Source: Penicillus capitatus (lineage: Eukaryota > Plantae > Chlorophyta). From it: DNA of 64,000 bases. Under the pieces are notes generated by a model. The model made no database searches. It was not told the origin of the DNA and worked only from the letters and a program-made list of their open reading frames with translations. The position numbers and the translations under genes are program-made. Shown here piece by piece: positions 13,709 through 21,916 of the stretch. The stretch lies in the NCBI GenBank assembly GCA_965649825.1, contig OZ287705.1, positions 310,001-374,000 on the forward strand, in the 5' to 3' direction. Positions within the stretch are counted from its first letter, which is position 1; each line of letters starts with the position of its first letter.

Positions 13709-13997
13709 TGTGAACGTCGACCCGAGGGCCGAGTCCGGACCGGATGGCGAGCCGCGCAGGGAAACTCTGTCGGCAATGGCTATTTACATAGCTAGACAGA
13801 TACAGCACGGCAGCTCCGTTTAAATACCCCGGATTAGGAGGGTCACATCATTACGTAAGGCATATCGTCACACCTCTGTCACACGTCTCGTCCTGCGCTC
13901 CAATGATGTTCTGCTGGCGTGGCGCCACAGGGACGGTTGGCGCGCCAGCAGCGACTCCTCGACAGATGACTCGAGGCAGAACCAGTGACCCTTCACA
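13709..13997 (-). repeat. TRIM 5' LTR (289 bp); TATA-like TATTTAA at 13820-13826 (minus strand)
   Basis: Direct repeat of 12977-13265, followed on the minus strand by the PBS. Confidence 0.95.
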
Positions 13998-13998
13998 T

Positions 13999-14625
13999 TG
14001 TGAAGATTCATCTTTCCCGGCCTTCTTGCCGACCTCCGTCACGATGTCTTCCGCCCTTACTTTGTGGACGGGTGGTGGCGGCACGCTCGGCAGGACCGGG
14101 CCTTCGACGTCTCCGGAATGACTCATTTCACAAGCGCAGCGGAAGTCTTGGAAATAGAAGGAGTGATGAGCGGTTCTTGAGGGGTTAGCGACGTTTTGGG
14201 AAGTTCAGAGGTTGCAGCCAAGAGACAACTTGTTACAACTGAGAAGTAGACAGCGAATGTTTTGACGGATTGTATGTGATTCAGAACACAAGTGCAAACT
14301 TTGATGTTTTTTACGAAAGGTGTTTTTATGTGTCAAAACCTTGCTTAAATACTCCGACCCCGATGTGACGACAGGAAAATCAGCTGAACTTCAAGAGTGA
14401 GTTCGCAATGAGGTTCCCACTGAAACCAGGTAATTCATCATGAACTTCTAGAAGTTTCCTAGGAACTTCTTAGGAACTCACTCCCAGTCACCATTACTTA
14501 TTCGCGACTCAGCAGCGACGGTTACGTCGCACAGCCAAAGACGCGACAAGTGCCAAGTGACAGGAATATCATTATTACAGAGACGTCCCATCACCGTTTT
14601 GTCAGAATTGCGCCATTCTTTCACA
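13999..14625 (-). repeat. Gypsy 3' LTR (627 bp)
   Basis: Direct repeat of 21789-22415 with TGTGAA..TTCACA ends. Confidence 0.97.
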
Positions 14626-14643
14626 TGGGCGCACCCGCATTCC
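14626..14643 (-). other. Gypsy motif at the PPT position (non-polypurine, ends in CCA)
   Basis: The sense strand reads GGAATGCGGGTGCGCCCA|TGTGAA, and the TRIM carries the same motif. Confidence 0.75.
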
Positions 14644-14732
14644 CGTTGCGCAAACTCCGATGTGCGGAGCAAAGAAGAAAACCAGCCCACACAGCCTACC
14701 TAGTTAAAATACTGATGACAGCAGATGGTTCT

Positions 14733-15752
14733 TCAGGCGCGACGGCGTATGAGCGCCCGGGGGTCCGAAACCCCCACCTTCGTTGTCTGCGACTGGTACA
14801 GATTTCCATTTACTCTATCTCGCGTCAGGTCGAAAGGCTGCATTATCTCTCTCCCCAGCCTCGTCTCCACCTTGTCTCCCGCGACGGTGAAATTGCAGAC
14901 TTCCATGTGGGGGCCGATCTTCACCCTCGCGGCGGTGCTGCCCACTATCACGCTTGTGCCGCCTTCACTGCGAATGACACGTCCCTCGATTCCTGGCGGG
15001 AGGGGCCCTTGGAGAGGCTGGACACGGAGTCCAAGCAGTTCCGCAGTCGCTCTGCTGACCACGTGACCCGAGAGCTCGGGGTCAATGAGGAAACGGTGTG
15101 GCAATTTGATCTCCCCGAGCTCCCCTGCGGCAATGTATCGCGGTCCTGGCGGTCGGCAAATGGCGGTGAGGGGCGGTGGGTGGGCTCGCGCTGAGAGGAG
15201 CGGCGATTCCGGAGGGGTAGGGGACGGAGGCCGAGGGGGCAAGGGGCTGCGCATCCTTCGCCGCGAGCCCTCCCCGCGACTTCCGCGGCCGCTCCTGCGC
15301 CGGCTTGTTTCGCCTTGGCTGTTTCCTCCACGTGTGGCTTCGACAGGGGTGCTTCCTCTTGTGGCTGGTGTGCCGGGTCCCTCTGCGCAGCGTCGCTCAA
15401 TCTCGGCTATGAGGTCGGCCAGGGTCAGGGAACGACATTGCTCCCTTACCTCGGCCGCCCTCATTTCCGCCATGCTGCGGTCCGTGGTAGGGGCCAGGTT
15501 GTCTGGTGACGGGGTTGGGGTCACGCGCCTGAGGCAGGTGAGACGGTGCAGGTTTCCCTCTGACGCGGACGAGCTTCTTTCCCTCTTCATGGCTTCGAAA
15601 ATGAGAGCGAAGGCGCCCTCGAGAACTCGGAACGCGACAAAGACGGAAAGGCCAACGACGAATTCCTGGGCTACGGCCGGCCACGATTCAATGAATGTCA
15701 GGAGAGTGAGCGTAAACACGAGCGCAAAAAAGCTGAGTACTGCGAAAGACAT
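14733..15752 (-). CDS. Gypsy ORF3 (339 aa, env position): two N-terminal hydrophobic segments, an Arg/Pro-rich linker and a retropepsin-like domain
   Basis: Hydrophobic aa ~2-21 and ~31-52. The C-terminal FLIDPELSGHVVSRATAELLGLRVQPL...LGREIM aligns with the element's own protease MLVDSGSSVCVMP...GWEIQPL...VGVNAL. Confidence 0.8.
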   Translation of the reverse strand: MSFAVLSFFALVFTLTLLTFIESWPAVAQEFVVGLSVFVAFRVLEGAFALIFEAMKRERSSSASEGNLHRLTCLRRVTPTPSPDNLAPTTDRSMAEMRAAEVREQCRSLTLADLIAEIERRCAEGPGTPATRGSTPVEATRGGNSQGETSRRRSGRGSRGEGSRRRMRSPLPPRPPSPTPPESPLLSARAHPPPLTAICRPPGPRYIAAGELGEIKLPHRFLIDPELSGHVVSRATAELLGLRVQPLQGPLPPGIEGRVIRSEGGTSVIVGSTAARVKIGPHMEVCNFTVAGDKVETRLGREIMQPFDLTRDRVNGNLYQSQTTKVGVSDPRALIRRRA

Positions 15753-16025
15753 GAGCGAGCAAATGGTGAAATCCCGGTGCGGGCGGTCCCTTTATACCCC
15801 CGTAACCTCCGAGGACACGTGCCCAGCGCGCGCCCTGACTGGCGGTTATCCTATGGTTCGCCCAAAGGTCATGGCATCCGTCGGGAGCTTCGCTCCGCTG
15901 GAGGAAGCTATCTTCCAACCATCGGGAGTTTCCCTACGCATTTGGTCATCCGCCGCAAACCGTTATGAACTTTGGAAGACAAGGGTGTATCCGTCAGCAA
16001 CCCGTCGGATTATCTAATGAGTGCG

Positions 16026-18887
16026 TCACATCTGCAGCAGCCGTAGCTGGTGCGAGTGACACGACCGGCGATTCCGCCCATCCAGTGTTTCGACCTCGAT
16101 GATATGCGGAGTGATAACAGCGCGGACGCGCCATCCCGACTCCCACTGGGCCGCTAGCTTATGTGCTGGCCGCGGCACCATGATTGCGACCTTGTCTCCA
16201 ACTCGCAGGTTTCTTCTCGTCGGGATGGTCCGCTCGTGTCTTGCTCTTCGCTTCCGCCGTTGGTCGTCCGAACGCTTCCATGCTCTTCCTTGGACTCTGT
16301 CCAGTTCCTCCTTCTGGAGCCGCGTACCATCGGCTCGTTTGCCCGTCATGACGAGACTCGGAGCGTATCCAAGCGCAGAGTGCCATGATTCGTTATACGC
16401 CTTCTCGATACGTTGGAGGAGTGACGGCCATGGCGCACTTGGGCCTTCTCTTCGGATTCGACCCAGGATGGTGCCAATTGCTCGCTCGGCCATTCCATTG
16501 CTCCAGTGAGCATAGGCAGGAGACAGTGCCATCTTCACGTGGCGCCGGCTGCAATACTCTTCGAAGTCGATGGATACAAAAGCTGCGCCTTGGTCACTTA
16601 CGAGCCGGCGAGGGGGCCCGAAGTGATATATCCATTTACGCAGTCCCGCCTTCGCGGCCTCGGCCGTCGGCCCTGCTGAAGCTGTGAGCATGACGTAGCG
16701 GCTGAATCCGTCTATCATGAGAAACACGTGCACGTTGTCTTCCTCCTTTTCCCAGTGTATGGGTCCGAGAAAATCACAAAAGACCGTGTCGTTTGGGCAG
16801 GGGCAATCCCACGAGCCCCAGACGGGTCGCTGAATGGGTCGTCCGTAGGCCTGACATTGCCTGCATCCTTGGACGAACTGTCGGACATGTGTTCTCATCC
16901 CTGGCCAATCCGCTCCCGTTGCTTTGAGGTTCCTCAGCGTTGTCTGCCAGTTGAAGTGCCCTTCGTGAGCCTTCTTGATCTGCCTCAGCTGGCCTCGTGT
17001 CGGGCCCGCCGTTGCCTGAGACACCTCGGCTGCGCCCTTTCCCTTACGGGGTCTGGATAAGAGGTCCGCGCCTTGGTTTTCTGCCCCGGGAACGAATTCG
17101 ACAATGAAGTTTTCGTTTCCTAGGAGCCATCCCAGTAGGCGCAGTACTCGCTTGTCCTTGAGACTTGGCGTGCTGGTGCTCAGTTGCTCGGCGACCGCTT
17201 GGTTGTCCGTCCGGATGAGCAAAGGAAAGTCCCCTCGCAACGGCTTTGTTGCTTGACAGGCCCACACGATTGCCTTGAGTTCCCCGAGGAAAGATGAAGT
17301 CACTTCCGGCACACTCTTGCTCCCGAGGTCGACGAGGTGCTCGTGGTTTGACCCTTTGGCCCACAGCAGATATCCCGCGTGCTCTCCGGACCAATCCGTC
17401 TCGAGAATGTATTGCGTCGTCCGGAGACCAGGCAGTTCGAGCAATACCTGTCGATCGAGGGCTCGCAGAAGCACCTCCCAGACTTCCCGTCGGGCTCGGT
17501 CCCACCACTTGCCGTCTTGTTTTCTTGCCTTGGCTTCTGCTAGCAGCTGTCGGAGGGGCGCTATCAATCTCTCGAGGTCCACAATGGTTCGCCTCAGATA
17601 GGAGAGCACTCCGATGAGGCGCTCAAGATCTTTCCAGTGCGTCACCTTTCCGAGTTGGGTCCAGCGACTGCGGAAGTAGTCTGTCAGCGTCCACGACCCA
17701 TGCGACAGTTCCATCCCCAGGAACTTGACTTTCGTCAGCAGGAGCTCGGTCTTCGCGAGGTTGACCTTGAGCCCGAACTCCTGGAAGCGAGCAAAGATGC
17801 TGCGGACGCGGTCACAGAGTTCTTCTGGGGTAGTACCACCGACAAGGAGGTCGTCGGCATACTGCACTGCGCCGAGCCCCTGTACAATCTCTGCTACCCG
17901 TTCCGCGAAGAGGATCGGACTCCATGACCATCCCTGCGGCAGGCGCTTCCAGGCGTAACGGCGGTCCTGCCAAGTGAACGCGAATGCAGACTGCAGCTCT
18001 GGGCACACCGGGATGGCGAAGAAACCATCCTTGAGGTCCAGCTTCGCAAAGTACCTCCATGCCGGGTCTACATCCCACAGCCGCCGCCAGACGTCGATCT
18101 GGGTCATTCCATGTTTCTTGAAGTGAGCGTTCAACCAACGAAAGTCGTTGGTGAACCTGTAGCTCCCATCCTTCTTTGGGATGGGGTACAGGGGGCTTAG
18201 AGCCACTCGCTCACCCATGGAGACCTGTCGGAGATAGCCGCGCTGAACATAGTGCTCAAGCTGTTCGGCTATCTTGCGTCGGTCGGCGACCTGCTCTGTC
18301 TTGTATGATGTGCGCAACCCTTGCTCTCTGGGTGGTGTCCAGCAGACTTCGTCGGCTCTGACCTGGAGGGGCTCCATTGCGGGCACGATGGGGTGCCGGC
18401 TTAGGTCGCTGACGTCAGGAAAACGACGCGCTAGCTCGTTTCGCAGGGACTCGGCAAGGGTGTCAACGGCGACTGAGCCGATCTTGGCTAGCCGGACTAC
18501 CTCAATGCTGCTGTGTCCGTGCAAAGAAACGAGGGGCGTGGTCGGAGTGACTCGAATCACTCTTTCTGACGTATTGTAGACCTCACATCGTACCATTCCT
18601 CCAGAGGTTACTACTACTCCAGATAGAACCTCGGGTCGCTGAAAACAGCTAGCTATGGTGACGCCGCCTTCTACTTCTAGCTTCCACGGGAGGTACCAGC
18701 GTTCCCAAGTCCTTGGCGGCAAGAATCTTGGCTTTCCACTTTGCAGCTGGACTCCCTTTGGAGTGACTGAGATTCCCGTTCCGTCCTTGATCTCCCATTG
18801 CTGGTGCACGCGAACAGTGCCGCCCCTCCCGTGGCTTTTGGAGGGGGCAGTTAGTTTGGGTGGTGCGCTGCTTGCACTGCCGCGCAC
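16026..18887 (-). CDS. pol: Gypsy Pol: dUTPase-like remnant, RT, RNase H, integrase with GPY/F-like tail
   Basis: RT motifs: PIPKKDGSYRF, LDLKDGFF, LPQGW, YADD (17850-17861). RNase H: ETD..GELKA..RTDN. Integrase: H-x3-H...CRQC, CDF, SDQG, NGMAE. Confidence 0.95.
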   Translation of the reverse strand: MRGSASSAPPKLTAPSKSHGRGGTVRVHQQWEIKDGTGISVTPKGVQLQSGKPRFLPPRTWERWYLPWKLEVEGGVTIASCFQRPEVLSGVVVTSGGMVRCEVYNTSERVIRVTPTTPLVSLHGHSSIEVVRLAKIGSVAVDTLAESLRNELARRFPDVSDLSRHPIVPAMEPLQVRADEVCWTPPREQGLRTSYKTEQVADRRKIAEQLEHYVQRGYLRQVSMGERVALSPLYPIPKKDGSYRFTNDFRWLNAHFKKHGMTQIDVWRRLWDVDPAWRYFAKLDLKDGFFAIPVCPELQSAFAFTWQDRRYAWKRLPQGWSWSPILFAERVAEIVQGLGAVQYADDLLVGGTTPEELCDRVRSIFARFQEFGLKVNLAKTELLLTKVKFLGMELSHGSWTLTDYFRSRWTQLGKVTHWKDLERLIGVLSYLRRTIVDLERLIAPLRQLLAEAKARKQDGKWWDRARREVWEVLLRALDRQVLLELPGLRTTQYILETDWSGEHAGYLLWAKGSNHEHLVDLGSKSVPEVTSSFLGELKAIVWACQATKPLRGDFPLLIRTDNQAVAEQLSTSTPSLKDKRVLRLLGWLLGNENFIVEFVPGAENQGADLLSRPRKGKGAAEVSQATAGPTRGQLRQIKKAHEGHFNWQTTLRNLKATGADWPGMRTHVRQFVQGCRQCQAYGRPIQRPVWGSWDCPCPNDTVFCDFLGPIHWEKEEDNVHVFLMIDGFSRYVMLTASAGPTAEAAKAGLRKWIYHFGPPRRLVSDQGAAFVSIDFEEYCSRRHVKMALSPAYAHWSNGMAERAIGTILGRIRREGPSAPWPSLLQRIEKAYNESWHSALGYAPSLVMTGKRADGTRLQKEELDRVQGRAWKRSDDQRRKRRARHERTIPTRRNLRVGDKVAIMVPRPAHKLAAQWESGWRVRAVITPHIIEVETLDGRNRRSCHSHQLRLLQM
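18822..18860 (-). promoter_or_regulatory. -1 programmed ribosomal frameshift signal (gag-pro to pol)
   Basis: The heptamer C-CCA-AAC (18860-18854) lies in the ORF1 frame just before TAA. After a 5-nt spacer comes a GC-rich hairpin (18848-18822). Pol is in the -1 frame. Confidence 0.85.
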
Positions 18888-21800
18888 ATAACCGAGCGCC
18901 CGTCCGGGGCCACGAGTCGGTTTCCCGCGAAATCCAAACTCCAGCCGAAATCTCGCAGAGCGTTTACGCCAACGATTGGGTGTTCAGGCCCGTCCACCAC
19001 GAGAAACGGCACTTGTCTTGTCTCTCCGCCAATGTCCACTGGGAGGCCCACTCGGCCTCGAACCTGGGTTGTCACACCGTTGAATGCTTGGACTTCCATG
19101 GGCTCAGGGAGGGGCTGTATCTCCCAACCACCTTGTATGCAGCGTTCCGTGGGCATCACGCACACGGAGGAGCCCGAATCCACGAGCATCTGGACTGGAC
19201 TAGCCCCCTCAGCCAGCTTGGCGCGTACGTAGTAGAGACGCGATGGGTCACTACTTGTGGCGGCGTCCCATACCGCTGCCACTGGTGGCCTGTCGCTTGG
19301 TCCCTCGTCGGGCGCTCGTTGCTGTTCTTCCGGGACGTGCACCACTTGCTGCCAGAAGTGTGGGCATTCTCCGGTTGCGTGATCTCGGGCGTTGCAGTTT
19401 GCGCAACGTCTTGGTGGCGGAAGCCGCGAGGCCTGCATAGCCGGTACGGCGGGCCTACCCATTCGTGGCGTCCTTGATGGTCCGGGAGAGGGAGGTCTGG
19501 GCATTGTCGGCCTGATCATGGGCGGGGGCTGTCCTCTTGCGGCGGCTGCCTGTCGTTCTTCTACGCGATGGAGTCGATCCAGTATGCTTTCGATACTCCC
19601 TAGGCCTTGGAGAACGACAGGATGCGGGGCCTGCGGGAGCTCGTCGGCTTCTCCGTCACTGGCTGGTCGGTCTTCCCATGCGACGAAAGGCCTAGCAGCT
19701 TGCTGTGGCTGTCCTTCGTCCGAGTTGTATCCCGTTCCCCTGCCTCCGCGCCCTCGACCGCGTCCTCGGCGCCCTTGATTTCTCCCACGTCCTTGGTGGC
19801 TTCTTCCTTGACCTCTTCCTTCGCGGGTTCCTCGCGGGACGGTGGGGGAGGGGGCCGCTGGTGGTGCCGGTGGCGGTGCTGTCATGTTGGCTTCCTGACG
19901 TGGTGCCGCTGGAGGTGCTGGCGGCGGTGCCACGTTGGCTTCCTGACGGGGTGCCGCATTTTGTTGTGCTGGCTGCGTCGCTGGCTGCTGTCCGCTTCGC
20001 TGTTGTTCCCTCTGCTGGTTTTGATGAGCGGCAGCTGTCCGAGCCCTGCGAGGTCTTTGCGGTGGCGGCACCGGGATTGGTTGTGTTCGCTGTTGCGAGA
20101 CGAAGCTTCCGATAAAGAGCAGTGGCTGGACAACGAGCCAGTAAGCGACCCAAAAAGGGAAGTAAAGGACCGCAGCAGTGCCCCACGTCAGGCTGTAAAT
20201 ACTGCGCATGGTGTCCTGTCCGAGATCGACGACCGAGTGAACTCCGTCGGCGATCCTCTTGACCACGGTGGCGACCAGAGCTAACGTCATGAGGATTCCT
20301 ACCAAGGCCAGCACGAGCAGGATCAGTCCGAGGTTTTGATTGCTTCCGGCGGCCCTAACGCTGAGGAGGGCCTGGAGGCCGTCGACCATGTTCGGACTTA
20401 TGACGAACCGAAGCAGACCCACCGCCCAGTGCGCTGGGCTCACGACAAACCCATACCATCCTGCAGCCCATGCGCCCCACGTTCTTGTAGGTGGCGCCTG
20501 GACCGAGCGAGTAAAGGTGGCTATCATATCTGCGCTTGCCGCAAGCTTCCTGGTTTGCTCAAGAACGGTTGGCATGAGTTCTCGGACTGCCCCCAGCTCA
20601 CCCTGCAGTTGCCCCTTGATTGCGTTCACGCCGTCTTGTGCTGCCCTAGCGATGGCTCGGTCGATGACTTGGAGTACTTCCCATCCTTTTTCGTCAGCTT
20701 CGTCCGTCATTTGTCGAGCCATTTGTAGGATGCTGAGATTGATCTGGTTGACGGCGCGGGTCGTCCCCGTGAGGAAGGACGTGGTTCCAGCCTCAGCTGA
20801 CGACGGGGGTGCCAATGTAAACTTGTGGTGCCAGGCTGAGCCGGTAACCCGTCGCCGGTGCATTCTCGTCAGGGCTTGCTCATAGTGTTCTTTCAGCTTG
20901 TCCATCTGTTCCCTGGCGAGCTGTCCGCGTCGTTCGGCCTTCTCTCCCCAACGCCTGGAGAATTCGAGGGCGTCGTTGGCTATGTCCACCAGTGATCGAT
21001 TCTGATACATACGCGGGCTCACTCCCAGGTATCCAGCATAAATTTCCTTGGCGGCTTCCTGGAACGCGGCGTGTAGGACCTTTTCGTCTAGGTCGAAGAT
21101 GAGCGGTTGACACTCTGTGCGCCAGCCATACAATGTGGGCATCCAGGTCTTTACCAGTCGCTCGCCCAGGGGGCAATTCGCGAGGTCTTCGACTTTAGTT
21201 GCGAACGCAGAGAACTGGCGCTCAATGCGTTCCTCCATCGTATATGGCATGCCGAACATCCGGATGGCTGCCACATGCATGACTGGAAAGAGGCATAGGT
21301 ATACGAAAAAGGTAATCCACAGAATCGTGCTTGTCTTTCGCCGTCCCCGGGGCCTTGGGTTGTCTCCTTCGGAGGGACCTTCGTCAGGTCGCTCTGGCAG
21401 CTCATCCCTCCCGAGGTCTTGCAGCGCGTTGTATGCTTTCGTGGCGTTTTCCGACAGCCACTTCCCCAAGCGTGCGAACCAGTCATACTTGTAAGCGCAT
21501 GTGAGGAGGACGACTAGTGCAATGAATGCCGCGGTACGCAGGGTGCTGCCCCAAGCCCAATCCCAGAAGATGCCGAAGACGCAGAGAATGGTAGCGCCAA
21601 TAGCAAGCTCTTCCACACGAGGGCCTCTCCCTTCGGGTACGGGTGATGGTCTGGCCCGAGGTCGTGGATGCGGGCCGTGCTCCAGCGCTCTTCGACGGGC
21701 TTCTTCGGCGAGTCGTTGCTGCTCTGGGTCGGCTAGAATCTCTGAAGCGGTTCTCTGAACGTCGCGACTCGACCCCGCTCCGAAACCATGTGAAGATTCA

Positions 21801-21916
21801 TCTTTCCCGGCCTTCTTGCCGACCTCCGTCACGATGTCTTCCGCCCTTACTTTGTGGACGGGTGGTGGCGGCACGCTCGGCAGGACCGGGCCTTCGACGT
21901 CTCCGGAATGACTCAT
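18851..21916 (-). CDS. gag: Gypsy ORF1 (1021 aa): multi-TM Gag-like protein, CCHC zinc knuckle and aspartic protease
   Basis: CANCNARDHATGEC (CX2CX4HX4C) and LVDSG are present, with several long hydrophobic segments in the N-terminal ~610 aa. The ATG lies inside the 5' LTR. Confidence 0.9.
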   Translation of the reverse strand: MSHSGDVEGPVLPSVPPPPVHKVRAEDIVTEVGKKAGKDESSHGFGAGSSRDVQRTASEILADPEQQRLAEEARRRALEHGPHPRPRARPSPVPEGRGPRVEELAIGATILCVFGIFWDWAWGSTLRTAAFIALVVLLTCAYKYDWFARLGKWLSENATKAYNALQDLGRDELPERPDEGPSEGDNPRPRGRRKTSTILWITFFVYLCLFPVMHVAAIRMFGMPYTMEERIERQFSAFATKVEDLANCPLGERLVKTWMPTLYGWRTECQPLIFDLDEKVLHAAFQEAAKEIYAGYLGVSPRMYQNRSLVDIANDALEFSRRWGEKAERRGQLAREQMDKLKEHYEQALTRMHRRRVTGSAWHHKFTLAPPSSAEAGTTSFLTGTTRAVNQINLSILQMARQMTDEADEKGWEVLQVIDRAIARAAQDGVNAIKGQLQGELGAVRELMPTVLEQTRKLAASADMIATFTRSVQAPPTRTWGAWAAGWYGFVVSPAHWAVGLLRFVISPNMVDGLQALLSVRAAGSNQNLGLILLVLALVGILMTLALVATVVKRIADGVHSVVDLGQDTMRSIYSLTWGTAAVLYFPFWVAYWLVVQPLLFIGSFVSQQRTQPIPVPPPQRPRRARTAAAHQNQQREQQRSGQQPATQPAQQNAAPRQEANVAPPPAPPAAPRQEANMTAPPPAPPAAPSPTVPRGTREGRGQGRSHQGRGRNQGRRGRGRGRGGRGTGYNSDEGQPQQAARPFVAWEDRPASDGEADELPQAPHPVVLQGLGSIESILDRLHRVEERQAAAARGQPPPMIRPTMPRPPSPGPSRTPRMGRPAVPAMQASRLPPPRRCANCNARDHATGECPHFWQQVVHVPEEQQRAPDEGPSDRPPVAAVWDAATSSDPSRLYYVRAKLAEGASPVQMLVDSGSSVCVMPTERCIQGGWEIQPLPEPMEVQAFNGVTTQVRGRVGLPVDIGGETRQVPFLVVDGPEHPIVGVNALRDFGWSLDFAGNRLVAPDGRSVMCAAVQAAHHPN
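21776..21788 (-). other. Gypsy primer-binding site TGGTTTCGGAGCG (degenerate tRNA-iMet type)
   Basis: Abuts the 5' LTR and matches 10 of 12 positions of the plant-type iMet PBS TGGTATCAGAGC (recalled; the host tRNA is not in this window). Confidence 0.8.

Larger units (their letters stand above)
12977..13997 (-). mobile_element. TRIM-type non-autonomous LTR retroelement (1021 bp)
   Basis: Two 289-bp LTRs (12977-13265, 13709-13997) that read as identical, with TGTGAA..TTCACA ends. The 443-bp internal region has no credible ORF. Its PBS and its 3'-LTR-adjacent motif are shared with the neighbouring Gypsy. Confidence 0.93.

Noticed and set aside
15085-16017. 310-aa plus-strand ORF, and other antisense ORFs inside the Gypsy (e.g. 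19607-20284, 20340-20885)
   Set aside because: These are shadows of GC-rich coding sequence on the opposite strand and contain no motifs.
21776-21788. Tf1-like self-priming at the PBS
   Set aside because: I found no complement of the PBS on the sense strand of the LTR. The TGG start and the D-arm box favour tRNA priming.
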